NCBI GenBank assembly: GCA_039934255.1
Contig: JBDTML010000163.1
Span: forward strand, 1-63,376
DNA: 63,376 nt
Direction: 5' to 3'
DNA from: Acidobacteriota bacterium
GTDB taxonomy: Bacteria > Acidobacteriota > Thermoanaerobaculia > UBA5066
A program made the translations under genes and the position numbers. The notes beneath the pieces were generated by a model. The model ran no database searches. It was given only the letters and a program-made list of their open reading frames with translations, and was not told the origin of the DNA. Positions 1 through 8,558 of this stretch are shown here, in pieces; the first letter of the stretch is position 1, and each line of letters opens with the position of its first letter.

Positions 1-392
1 TCATCGACAGCTTCCCCGCCGAGGAGCAGGAGCAGGTCCGCACCGTTCTGGCCGAAGTTCTGAAGGCCGTCGTCGCGCAGGTGCTGCTCAAGAAGAAGGG
101 CGGGGGGCGCGCGCCCGCGTTCGAGGTCCTCCGCGGCTCGTCCGCGCTCTCGAACAGCATCCGCGAAGGCAAGACGGGCATGATCTCGACGCTCATCCAG
201 ACCGGTCGGAACGCCGGGATGATCGGGATGGACCAGTACCTCGCGGATCTCGTCGCGGCGGCCACCGTCGAACCGGACGAGGCGCTCGAGAAGGCGCTCG
301 ACAAGGAGCAGTTCAAGAGCCTCGTCGAGAAGCGAAAGGCCGCGGCGACCCGCCCGGCGGGGCCCGTGGCGGGCGCTGCTCTCGAGCCCTGA
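1..392 (+). CDS. pilT: Type IV pilus retraction ATPase PilT/PilU family, C-terminal fragment (5' end lies outside the window)
   Basis: The frame is open from base 3. The translation IDSFPAEEQEQVRTVLAEVLKAVVAQVLLKKKGGGRAPAFEVL...NSIREGKTGMISTLIQTGRNAGMIGMDQYLADLV matches the conserved PilT C-terminal region (..NLIREgK..Qi.s.iQtG...GM.t.Dq.L). The stop is at 390-392. Confidence 0.85.
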   Translation, partial: IDSFPAEEQEQVRTVLAEVLKAVVAQVLLKKKGGGRAPAFEVLRGSSALSNSIREGKTGMISTLIQTGRNAGMIGMDQYLADLVAAATVEPDEALEKALDKEQFKSLVEKRKAAATRPAGPVAGAALEP

Positions 393-422
393 CGGCGCGC
401 CTCACGATCGAGACGGACGCCC

Positions 423-2195
423 TCACGGGGCAGCGGGCAGCGTGAGGACGAACCGCGCGCCCGACAGTTCGGGCGACCGTTCGACCGTCACGGCGCCGCC
501 GTGGAGGAGCGCGATCTTGGCGACGAGCGCCAGGCCGAGCCCCGTCCCCGTGTCCTTCGTGGAATAGAACGGGACGAAGAGCTTGCCGGCGGCCTCCGCG
601 GACACTCCGGGGCCGTCGTCCTCGACCGCGATTCGCGCGAATCCTCCCGTCGCACCCTCGCCGCGGACGACGACGCGGCCCGCCCGGCCTCCCGCGGCGG
701 CGGCCTCGCACGCGTTTTTCACCAGGTTCACGAGCGCGCGGCGCACGAGCGCCGGGTCGGCAATCGCGGGCGCGAACGTCCCCGTCGCTTCCACGCGGAC
801 GCCCGGCGTCAACACGCGCTGCTCCTCGGCGATCTCGAACGCGAGGGCGCGGAGATCGCACGGGCCGGCCTCGAGCTGCTCCGGTCTCGCGAAGAAGAGA
901 AAATCACCGGTCACGCGTGCCACGTGCTCGGCCTCGGCCTGGATCGCGTCGAGCTGGCGCCCGCGCGCGACCGGGTCTCCCGTCTTCGCGGCAAGGCGCG
1001 CCCAGCCGAGAATCGTGCCGGTCGCGTTGCGGAACTCGTGGGCGATGCCCGCCGACATCTCGCCGAGCGCCGCGAGCTCGCGGCGGGACGAGAGCTCCCT
1101 CTCCAGACGCCGCGTGCTCGTGCGGTCCTCGAGAAACAGGAGGACGCCCAGGATGGATTTTCCGGAGTCGAGGATCGGCACGGCCGTCAGCTCGACGAGT
1201 CGCGCGTCCGCGCCCTTTCCGATCGTCAGCTCGAGGGAGAGCGTCGGCGAGCCCGTTCGCGCCGCCTCCACCGCCGCGCGGAGAGCGGGCACCTTTTCGA
1301 TGGCCGCCTCCGCTCCCGCGGCGAGGCTCCCTTCGCCCAGGCTCAAGAGGTCGCGGGCGGGCGCGTTCGCCCGCGTCAGGCGGCCCGCGGCATCCACGAC
1401 GACGAGCCCGCCGGGGTGTGAACGCACGAGCGTCTCGGCGGTCACAGCGAGATCGTCCGCGCGCCGCTGCTCGGAGCGGCGAAGCCCCTCCAGCTCGCCC
1501 GTGCGCTTCTTGAGCTCCTCGACCGTGCGCTGGAAGGTGGCGATCGCCGTCTCGGCTTCGTCCCCGCCGGCCCGCGCCGCCGGCACGAGGCCCCCCGCTC
1601 CCTTTGCGGTCTCCGTGAGGGCGTCGATCGGCTCGGCGAGCCGCCGGAGGAACGGCACCACGAGAAGGACGAGGACGCCCGCGGCCGCGGGGACCGCGAC
1701 AGAAAGGATGCGGGCGTTGCGGCGGGCCTCCACGCTCGGCGTTCCGTCCCAGGCGACCCTCAGGATTCGCGTCGCCCCCGGGAGAGCGATGGTGATCGAC
1801 GGAGTTCCGCCGTCGGCCCCCGCCACGACAGGGTCGGGGGCGGGCCGCTCGCCCGGCGGCAACGCGCCGGGCGCGAGCCCCGCGTCCGGGAGAAACGAAG
1901 CCTCTGCGAGGCGATCTCCTCGCGCGTCGTAGAGCGCCGCGCCCCGGGCGTTCAGCTCGCGGAGAAGACGCGTGACGGGCGCATCCGAGACGAACGCGAG
2001 CGCGGGATCCGGCGACCCACCGAGGCGATCCGCGACGGCGCGCGTCTCGGCGGTCAGGCGCCTGAGATTCTCGCCCCCGCCCCACGCCGCGGTGTTGCGC
2101 AGCACCACGACGGCCGTCCCGGCAAGGAAGAGCAGCGTCGCGAGACCGCCCACGATCACGATGCGCACCTCACGCTCGAACGCGCGTTCCGTCAC
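423..2195 (-). CDS. Membrane-bound PAS-type sensor histidine kinase (possibly PilS-like, given its position)
   Basis: C-terminal half of ORF 423..2651. It has the H-box AHEFRNATGTILGW, the N-box LVNLVKNACEA, and the G-boxes DDGPGV and GTGLGLALV. One N-terminal TM is present (IVIVGGLATLLFLAGTAVVVL). I place the start at GTG 2195-2193, which overlaps the pilD stop as GTGA. The upstream 152 aa of the tracked ORF are Arg-rich and overlap pilD in another frame. Confidence 0.85.
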   Translation of the reverse strand: MTERAFEREVRIVIVGGLATLLFLAGTAVVVLRNTAAWGGGENLRRLTAETRAVADRLGGSPDPALAFVSDAPVTRLLRELNARGAALYDARGDRLAEASFLPDAGLAPGALPPGERPAPDPVVAGADGGTPSITIALPGATRILRVAWDGTPSVEARRNARILSVAVPAAAGVLVLLVVPFLRRLAEPIDALTETAKGAGGLVPAARAGGDEAETAIATFQRTVEELKKRTGELEGLRRSEQRRADDLAVTAETLVRSHPGGLVVVDAAGRLTRANAPARDLLSLGEGSLAAGAEAAIEKVPALRAAVEAARTGSPTLSLELTIGKGADARLVELTAVPILDSGKSILGVLLFLEDRTSTRRLERELSSRRELAALGEMSAGIAHEFRNATGTILGWARLAAKTGDPVARGRQLDAIQAEAEHVARVTGDFLFFARPEQLEAGPCDLRALAFEIAEEQRVLTPGVRVEATGTFAPAIADPALVRRALVNLVKNACEAAAAGGRAGRVVVRGEGATGGFARIAVEDDGPGVSAEAAGKLFVPFYSTKDTGTGLGLALVAKIALLHGGAVTVERSPELSGARFVLTLPAAP

Positions 2196-3370
2196 GGCAG
2201 AAGCCTCGGAACCCAGGGCAGCCCGCCGGCGATCGCGTCCCACGCCGAGCGCCCCGCCACGAAAGCCACGAGCGCGCCACAGGCAAGAAAGACGCCGAAC
2301 GGCACGTCGACTCGCGCGAGAAGCACGAGGAGCCCGGCCGGCGTCGCCTCGGCGCGCGCCGCGAGAACCCGGAAGAAGTCGGCGCCGTCGTCGAGCGCGA
2401 GGCGCCCGTGCGCGGCGGGCTCTCCGCGGCGGGCCCGCGTCCCGGCGAGCCGGACGAATGCGAGGAGACGGCCGGCGGTCGGAACGTCCGCGGTCAGGCG
2501 CATTCCGTCCGCCGCGGCCCCCGGAATCTCGCGGAAACGCGGCGAAGCCGAAAGGACGCGGCCGTCGTCCGCGACGAGGAGCCCGGCGCGGGCCGCCACG
2601 GCGAGCGCGGCAGAGGACGACGCACGAGCGCGCCGCGCCTCGAGGGACCAACGCAGAGCGCGGATCAGCGTCGCGCCGCCCGCGACCACCGTGCCCGCGA
2701 GGGAGGCGAAGAAGAGCGTGAGGAACACGCCCGCGGGTCCCGTGAACGCGCCCGCCATCGCGAGCATCTTCACGTCACCTTCCCCCATGCCTTCCTGTCC
2801 GCGCAGCCTTTTGTACACCCGGCGCACCCCTTCGAGAAAGAGCGCGCCGGCGAGCGCGCCCGCGAACGCCTCGAAGAGGTGGCTCCCGGCGAAGAACCTC
2901 ACGAGGCCGTGGTCCGAGACCGCGGCAGCCCGGTCGCGGAGCGCCGCGAGGACGAGACCGAGCACGAGAGTCCCGAGCGTCACCTCGTCGGGCAGGGTGC
3001 GCGCCTCGAGGTCCGTCGCCGCGAGGATCACCGAGGCCGCCGCGAGAAAAGCGGCCGAGGCCGCGACGAACGTCGGCCCGTAAAGAAATCCGGCGCCGAG
3101 AAAGAGAAACGCCACGAGTAATTCGACGAGCACGTAGCGTACGGGGATGGGCGCGCCGCAGCGGCGGCAACGGCCGCGGAGGAGGAGCCAGGACAAGACG
3201 GGCACGTTGTCGAAGAACGCGATCGGCGCACCGCAGGAGGGGCAGCTGGAGCGCGGGCGGACGACGGAGAGCCCGCGTGGCAAGCGGTGGATGCACACGT
3301 TTGCGAAGGAGCCCACGATCGCGCCCGTCGCGAAGAAGAGGCCCAGGAGGACGCCCTCCATGGCATTCAT
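2192..3370 (-). CDS. pilD: Prepilin peptidase / N-methyltransferase (A24 family, PilD) with a roughly 115-aa insertion before the last TM
   Basis: Zn-finger pairs CPSCGAPI and CRRCGAPI are present. The first catalytic Asp region is ATDLEARTLPDEV and the second is GMGEGDVKMLAMAG. The terminal PFG helix is VPFGVFLACGALVAF. The product is 392 aa, versus about 250-290 aa for typical PilD. Confidence 0.9.
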   Translation of the reverse strand: MNAMEGVLLGLFFATGAIVGSFANVCIHRLPRGLSVVRPRSSCPSCGAPIAFFDNVPVLSWLLLRGRCRRCGAPIPVRYVLVELLVAFLFLGAGFLYGPTFVAASAAFLAAASVILAATDLEARTLPDEVTLGTLVLGLVLAALRDRAAAVSDHGLVRFFAGSHLFEAFAGALAGALFLEGVRRVYKRLRGQEGMGEGDVKMLAMAGAFTGPAGVFLTLFFASLAGTVVAGGATLIRALRWSLEARRARASSSAALAVAARAGLLVADDGRVLSASPRFREIPGAAADGMRLTADVPTAGRLLAFVRLAGTRARRGEPAAHGRLALDDGADFFRVLAARAEATPAGLLVLLARVDVPFGVFLACGALVAFVAGRSAWDAIAGGLPWVPRLLP

Positions 3371-5655
3371 GGGCGCCTCTCCCCCGCGAGAGCGAGGCCG
3401 GCGAGCACGACCAGCGACGCCAGCGAAACCGCCGCGCCGGCGCGAAACGCGAGCGGACGGTAGACGAGCTCGAGATGGTGGGGGCCCGCCGGCAGGAGAA
3501 CCGCGGAAAGCGCGAGATCCGCGCGGCGCAGCGGGACCTCCGTGCCATCGAGGCGGGCCTCCCAGCCGCGAGCGTACGCGCGCGTGAGGACGAGGAAACC
3601 CGCCTCCGAAGCCTCCGTGTCGACCGTCAGGCGCTCCGGCGCGTCCACCACGACACGCGCGACGGAGAAGCTCCTCCCCGCGCGCGCCGGCGGAAGCGGT
3701 CCCGCGGGTGGAGCGAGGAGCACGACGGCCTCGGGATCGAAGTCCCGCGCGGAAAGAGCGCGGAACGCGGCGGCGTCGTCCGCTTCCCGCGACGCGCGCG
3801 CGAAGAAGACGCGCCCCGCCGAACGCGAGAGGCGGTAAAGGAAGACGCCGGCTCCCTGCCGCTCGAGCCGGACCCCGGGAATCGTCGTCGGAAACGGCGA
3901 CACGACGTGCCGCACGTCCGCCAGCGAGAAAATCGTCTCAGGGTTTCCTCCCGAAAGCGCGGCCCCGAGGAGGCGCCTCATCCAGGGGTTCCCGATGGGC
4001 GAGGGCGACGCCGCTGAGGAGAGGCCGAGGGGAAGGTTCGTGTAGCCCGAGAGCAACGCCCGCGCCCGCGCCGCGGCCATGCCTCCCCACTCGCCGCCCG
4101 TTTCGCGCGCGAGAATTCCTCCGTCCGACACGACGGGAAAAAACCGGCCGGGCTCTCCGGCGAATGCCGCCATGCCCGGCGCCGGATCCGCGAGGTTCGC
4201 CGTCGAGAAGAGGCCGGCCGTCGCGCCCAGGAGGGGAATTATCACGAGCGCGCCCAGGGCGGCGCCCGACCACTCGGGGCCCGGCCGCCCGGACATACGG
4301 AAGGATGCAAGCAGGATCCCGCCGGCCGCCGCCGCAAGAAGCGTGGCCCAGGCCGCAGCTCCCGTCGCGCGGCCGGCGAAGAGTCCCAGGCCCAGAAGCG
4401 CGAGCGTGGTCGCCCCGAGAACGAAGAGGGGGGCGAGCCGGGACAGGGCGGGCGCCGACATCCGGTCGCCGTCTTCCGGTTCGCGACCCTTCGGCCACGC
4501 AAACAGCCTACCGTGTCGCCACCCATCGAGTCCCGCGCCGGCGAGACCCGCGAGCGCGAACTGCGTGAGAACGAACCATCGCGCAGGGAACCGGAGGCCC
4601 CTCGCGATGCCAAGGTCCCAGAGGATCGGGAGAAGTCCGCCTCGCGCCCCCAGTGCGAGGATGAGCCCAAGCAGCGCCAGGACGGCGAGCCCGAGAAGCA
4701 GCCGTGGCCGCGCGGCGAGCCCCGCGCCAGCTCCCGCCGCGAGAACAAAGACGAGCGGAGACAGCGCGAGGGTCGCGAGGTAGCCGCCGCGCCCCGGCGC
4801 CGCATGGCGCGTCGACGCGTCGGTCGGCGGCAGGACGAGATCGAGAAGATCCGACGCGCCGACGGGACGCGCAAGCGCTTCGGCGCGCGTGGCTCCGGCG
4901 AGCCGGCCCGAGGAGGCGGCGTACTCGAAGAAAGGAAACGCGACGGCGGCGGTGAGCGCGGCTCCGAGGAGCAACCCGCCCGCGAGCCGCGCGAGCGGCC
5001 GGCCCCTGTCGATCCCCCCGGCCGGCTCCTCGTGCCGCGTGAACAGCGCGAGGAGGACGGCAGACGTCGCCCCCACGACCGCGAGCGCGGGTTCCCCCGC
5101 GAGGAACGAAAGGGCGACCGCAACTGCGAGCCCCGCGGGGGAGCCGCCGATCGCAACGAGACGGGCCGCGGCGAAAAGCCAGGGGAGAAACGCCGCGGTT
5201 TCGAAGTTGTTGTACACGAGCGCGAGCGACAAGAACGCTCCGCTCCCCGCATAAGCCGCCGCTCCAAGAAGCGCCCCGCCGCGCGAGGTGCCGAGGCCGA
5301 AGAGCCAGGCCGCAACTCCGGACGCGGCGATCGCGAGATGGAGAGCGATGCCGAGAAGGGGCCCGAGGGAGCCGGGGAGCAGGAACGGGAGGTCCCCCGG
5401 GTAGAAGACGCCGGTCTGGAGCTGGGCGAGCCACGGCTCCCCGCACCCGGACAGCGGATTCCACAGGGGCAGGCCCGTCGCCCAACGGAAAGCCGTGTAC
5501 GACTTCATCGGCCAGAAGAAATCGGCTAGGTCACCGCGCGCGGGCACGCCCCCGGAGAGCAGGCTCGGAGCCAGGAACACCGCCGCGAACGCAAGCCCAA
5601 GGGCGCCACCGAGGAGCGCCGTCCGTCCCGTCGTTCCGCGACCTTGCACCTTCAC
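3367..5655 (-). CDS. YfhO-like polytopic membrane protein (putative GT-C glycosyltransferase), copy 1
   Basis: The motif DLADFFWPMKSYTAFRWATGLPLWNPLSGCGEPWLAQLQTGVFYPGDLPFLLP is typical of the YfhO family. There are many TM helices. The C-terminal module reads ..YARGWEARLDGTEVPLRRADLALSAVLLPAGPHHLELVYRP. I chose the start at GTG 5655 (or 5649) because the upstream part of ORF 3367..5976 overlaps the pilin gene and is Ser/Thr/Arg junk. The gene has an ATGA overlap with pilD. Confidence 0.75.
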   Translation of the reverse strand: MKVQGRGTTGRTALLGGALGLAFAAVFLAPSLLSGGVPARGDLADFFWPMKSYTAFRWATGLPLWNPLSGCGEPWLAQLQTGVFYPGDLPFLLPGSLGPLLGIALHLAIAASGVAAWLFGLGTSRGGALLGAAAYAGSGAFLSLALVYNNFETAAFLPWLFAAARLVAIGGSPAGLAVAVALSFLAGEPALAVVGATSAVLLALFTRHEEPAGGIDRGRPLARLAGGLLLGAALTAAVAFPFFEYAASSGRLAGATRAEALARPVGASDLLDLVLPPTDASTRHAAPGRGGYLATLALSPLVFVLAAGAGAGLAARPRLLLGLAVLALLGLILALGARGGLLPILWDLGIARGLRFPARWFVLTQFALAGLAGAGLDGWRHGRLFAWPKGREPEDGDRMSAPALSRLAPLFVLGATTLALLGLGLFAGRATGAAAWATLLAAAAGGILLASFRMSGRPGPEWSGAALGALVIIPLLGATAGLFSTANLADPAPGMAAFAGEPGRFFPVVSDGGILARETGGEWGGMAAARARALLSGYTNLPLGLSSAASPSPIGNPWMRRLLGAALSGGNPETIFSLADVRHVVSPFPTTIPGVRLERQGAGVFLYRLSRSAGRVFFARASREADDAAAFRALSARDFDPEAVVLLAPPAGPLPPARAGRSFSVARVVVDAPERLTVDTEASEAGFLVLTRAYARGWEARLDGTEVPLRRADLALSAVLLPAGPHHLELVYRPLAFRAGAAVSLASLVVLAGLALAGERRP

Positions 5656-5677
5656 GATTCTAGGCCCGGAAAAGAAA

Positions 5678-5699
5678 AGAGCCCCCGTGAGGGGGCTCT
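5678..5699 (-). terminator. Intrinsic terminator downstream of pilin gene 1
   Basis: On the minus strand the sequence reads AGAGCCCCC-UCAC-GGGGGCUCU followed by UUUCUUUUCC. This is a 9-bp GC stem, a 4-nt loop and a U-rich tail, 26 nt after the pilin stop. Confidence 0.8.
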
Positions 5700-5725
5700 C
5701 GGATCGGGTCGGAGCGGGAGGACGA

Positions 5726-6229
5726 TTACCGCTGCGAGCCCGCGGGGTACTGGAGGAACTGGCCGTCGACGAAGACGATGTCCTCGTTGAAGTCCGTGGT
5801 CTCTCCGCCGGCTTTCGAGGTGGAGATTCCGTCTTTGCCGTAAGACACCATGCCGTAGTTCTGGTTGTTGGCGTCGACGGAGTACGTGAAGTACGACTGC
5901 CAACCGTCCACGATGGGCAGGAGGCGGATGTAAGTCGGCGCGACCTGCTTGTTGAAGCCGGATCCTGCCGCGCCAAATGTCGTGCTGCCGAGGGTCAGGG
6001 TCGAGGGGAGCACGATTCCAGCCGCCGCCGGATAGTGGTTGAAGTCCACGGCGTACGCCTCGGCGGCCGTGCCCGCGGAGCGAACGTCGGCCATCGTCCT
6101 CTTCTGCTTGGCGCGCTGAATGGCGTTGAGCAGGTTGGGGATGGCGATCGCGACGATGATGCCGATGATCGCGACGACGATCAGAAGCTCGATCAACGTA
6201 AAGCCCTTGTTGTTGTTCCTCTTCTTCAT
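5726..6229 (-). CDS. Type IV pilin / GspG-like pseudopilin with a prepilin N-terminal cleavage-methylation motif
   Basis: The N-terminus is MKKRNNNKG/FTLIELLIVVAIIGIIVAIAIPNLLNAIQRAKQKRTMADVRS.., with the class III signal peptide motif G-FTLIEL. An AGGAGG Shine-Dalgarno sits 8 nt upstream of the ATG. Confidence 0.92.
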   Translation of the reverse strand: MKKRNNNKGFTLIELLIVVAIIGIIVAIAIPNLLNAIQRAKQKRTMADVRSAGTAAEAYAVDFNHYPAAAGIVLPSTLTLGSTTFGAAGSGFNKQVAPTYIRLLPIVDGWQSYFTYSVDANNQNYGMVSYGKDGISTSKAGGETTDFNEDIVFVDGQFLQYPAGSQR

Positions 6230-6259
6230 GAGATGAACCTCCTAATCCCTGATCTGCTT

Positions 6260-6275
6260 TCAAGACCCGTGCCGT
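6260..6275 (-). promoter_or_regulatory. Possible sigma54 (-24/-12) type promoter for pilin gene 1
   Basis: The minus strand reads cGGCACGGGTCTTGAAAGC. GG and TTG are spaced as in TGGCACG-N4-TTGC, but the -12 dinucleotide is GA rather than GC. It lies about 30-45 nt upstream of the ATG. Confidence 0.35.
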
Positions 6276-6402
6276 GGGCTTCCGACGCTGAATCAGGCTC
6301 GTTCGGGCAAAAATTAGGCCGCGAGCACGGCGCCGTTACGAATTTTTGTCGGGGGTAGCGGGGACCGCCGGACACCGTTTGTCGGTGCCACACCGGCCGC
6401 GA

Positions 6403-6888
6403 TCAATGCTGCGCGCCGTCCGGAAACTGAACGAACGTCCCGTCCACGAGGATGATGTCGGCGTTGAAATTCGTGGTCGCGCCGCCCAGGGGACTCGCCT
6501 CCGGGGCGCCGTCCGCTCCCGCCGAGCGAAGGGCGAAATCGCCCCTCGACGAGCTCCCCCCATAGAGGAAAAAAGAGTTCCACCCGTCCACGAGCGGCAC
6601 CATCCGGATGTAGGTCGGGCCCAGAGTGCCGGAAATGACACCGACCGTGCTGGTGGGCAGCGAAAGCCCCGAGGGCAGGGAGATCGCCGCCGCCGCCGGA
6701 TAGAAGTTATGGTCCGTGGCGTAGGCGTCGAGGGCGGTCGCAATCGTCTTCATGTCGCCCATCGAACGCTTCTGCTTCGCGCGCTGGATCGCATTGATCA
6801 TGTTCACGATCGCGATCGCGGCGATGAGGCCGATGATCGTCACGACGATCAGAAGCTCGATGAGCGTGAATCCCCGGCGTCTCGGCAT
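6403..6888 (-). CDS. Type IV pilin / GspG-like pseudopilin, tandem paralogue
   Basis: The N-terminus is MPRRRG/FTLIELLIVVTIIGLIAAIAIVNMINAIQRAKQKRSMGDMKT.., and the fold-level pattern matches pilin 1 (..YA.D.N.YPAAA..). I prefer the ATG at 6888 over the tracked start at 6924. The leader is then a normal length, and the 6924 codon falls inside the putative promoter. Confidence 0.88.
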   Translation of the reverse strand: MPRRRGFTLIELLIVVTIIGLIAAIAIVNMINAIQRAKQKRSMGDMKTIATALDAYATDHNFYPAAAAISLPSGLSLPTSTVGVISGTLGPTYIRMVPLVDGWNSFFLYGGSSSRGDFALRSAGADGAPEASPLGGATTNFNADIILVDGTFVQFPDGAQH

Positions 6889-6920
6889 GCTCCCTCGTAA
6901 CCCGAATCCCCCCGTGCTAC

Positions 6921-6936
6921 TCAAGAAACGTGCCTC
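6921..6936 (-). promoter_or_regulatory. Possible sigma54 (-24/-12) type promoter for pilin gene 2
   Basis: The minus strand reads aGGCACGTTTCTTGAGTAG. This is the same GGCACG-N4-TTGA architecture seen upstream of pilin 1. Confidence 0.35.
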
Positions 6937-6976
6937 GAATCGGGGCCCCGGGGCCCGCCTTTAGAATGGATCCAAC

Positions 6977-8512
6977 GTGATCCCCCGCCCACCGTTCGCT
7001 TCCGGTCTGACGCTCGAGCAGGAGCTGGCTGAATTCGAGATCCTGAAACCGCGCCTGGCCGAGGTCTGGGATTCGATTTCCGGGCGGGACGATCAGCCGC
7101 ACACCTCGGTCGTAGTGCCGTCGCTGACGCTCGACCAGGCGGAGATGAGGAAGCTCGACGGTGCGAGCTTCTACGAGGAAAGGCTTCTCTTCCTCCTCAT
7201 TCGGCTACGCAACCCGCGGGCGCGCGTCGTCTTCGTGACCTCGCAGCCCGTTCACCCCCTCGTCCTCGAGTATTACTTCCAACTCCTCGTCGGAATTCCT
7301 GCGAGTCACGCCCGCGGCCGGCTGACGCTGCTCTGCGCCCACGACGCCTCACCCCGCTCGCTCACGGAGAAGATCCTGGAGCGGCCGCGCCTCATCGAGC
7401 GCATCCGGCAGGGGATTCCCGACCGCTCGCGCGCGTACCTGACCGTCTTCAACTCGACGCCTCTCGAGCGCAAGCTCGCCGTTCTCCTCGGCGTGCCGCT
7501 GAACGGCGTCGACCCCGCCCTGAACGCGTACGGAACGAAATCCGGCAGCCGAAAGGTCTTCCGGGAGGCCGGTGTGTCCGTGCCCGCCGGTTTCGAGGAC
7601 CTGAGGGACGCTGCCGACATCGAGGGAGCTCTCGTGGCGCTCAAGGAGCGGAATCCCGCCCTCCGCCGGGCGGTGGTGAAGCTGAACGACAGCTTCTCCG
7701 GTGAAGGCAATGCGGTCCTTCGTTACCCGGATTCAGGGCGTCTCACGGAGGCCGTACACGCGGCACTTCCAAACGTGGAGTTCTCGGTCCCCTGGGAGAC
7801 CTGGGAGGAGTACCACGGCAAGTTTCAGCGGATGGGCGGCATCGTCGAGGAGTTCGTCGAGGCCCCCTGCAAGATGTCACCGAGCGTGCAGCTTCGAAGC
7901 GACCCGCACGGCAGCGTGATCCCGATCTCGACCCACGATCAGATCCTCGGTGGTCCGAGCGGACAGGTCTTCCTCGGCTGCCTGTTCCCGGCCGCGGACG
8001 ACTACCGGATGCTCATCCACGACGAAGCCCTGCGGATCGGCAGGGTTCTCGCCGCGAAGGGCGTCGTGAGCCGGTTCGCCGTCGACTTCCTCGTGACCCG
8101 CGAGGACGACGCCGCGCCCTGGAAGGCCTGGGCTCTCGAGATCAACCTCCGCATGGGAGGGACGACGCACCCTTACCTCGCGCTCCAGTTCCTGACGGGC
8201 GGGCAGCTCGACGGAGAGACGGGCCTCTTCCATTCGCCACGAGGCTCGCCGAAGTTCTACCGCGCGACGGACAACCTCCGCTCGGACACGTTCCGCGGCC
8301 TCCTTCCCGAGGATCTCATCGAGATCGTCACGATCAACTCCCTCCACTACAGCCACAACTCCGAGTCCGGGGTGCTGTTTCACCTCGTCGGCGCGCTCTC
8401 GGAATACGGCAAACTCGGAATGACGGCCATCGGGAACTCGCGCGAAGAGGTCGAGGCGATCTACGGCAAGACCCTCCGGATTCTCGACCACGAAGCCGGC
8501 ATGGGCCGGTGA
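6977..8512 (+). CDS. ATP-grasp family protein, PGM1-like peptide/carboxylate-amine ligase type
   Basis: GTG start. The N-terminal pre-ATP-grasp pattern is present (..SVVVPSLTLDQAEMRKLDGASFYEERLLFLLIRLRNPRARVVFVTSQPV..), followed by an ATP-grasp core (..GTKSGSRKVFREAGVSVPAG...VVKLNDSFSGEGN...FAVDFLV...WKAWALEINLRMGGTTHP). Confidence 0.65.
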   Translation: MIPRPPFASGLTLEQELAEFEILKPRLAEVWDSISGRDDQPHTSVVVPSLTLDQAEMRKLDGASFYEERLLFLLIRLRNPRARVVFVTSQPVHPLVLEYYFQLLVGIPASHARGRLTLLCAHDASPRSLTEKILERPRLIERIRQGIPDRSRAYLTVFNSTPLERKLAVLLGVPLNGVDPALNAYGTKSGSRKVFREAGVSVPAGFEDLRDAADIEGALVALKERNPALRRAVVKLNDSFSGEGNAVLRYPDSGRLTEAVHAALPNVEFSVPWETWEEYHGKFQRMGGIVEEFVEAPCKMSPSVQLRSDPHGSVIPISTHDQILGGPSGQVFLGCLFPAADDYRMLIHDEALRIGRVLAAKGVVSRFAVDFLVTREDDAAPWKAWALEINLRMGGTTHPYLALQFLTGGQLDGETGLFHSPRGSPKFYRATDNLRSDTFRGLLPEDLIEIVTINSLHYSHNSESGVLFHLVGALSEYGKLGMTAIGNSREEVEAIYGKTLRILDHEAGMGR

Positions 8513-8558
8513 AATCGCGGACGCGCACGTGACCCATGGGGCGAGATAGCATCCGTCC

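Noticed and set aside
2196-2651. Extra 152 N-terminal residues of the histidine-kinase ORF
   Set aside because: The segment is Arg-rich and overlaps the pilD coding frame. GTG at 2195 gives a GTGA junction with pilD and a sensible TM-first kinase.
7170-7195. 15-nt identity (cttctcttcctcctc) between the ATP-grasp gene and repeat arm A1
   Set aside because: Here it encodes the conserved ERLLFLLIRL segment of the pre-ATP-grasp domain, and the flanks do not match the repeat. I treat it as coincidence of Leu/Phe codons.
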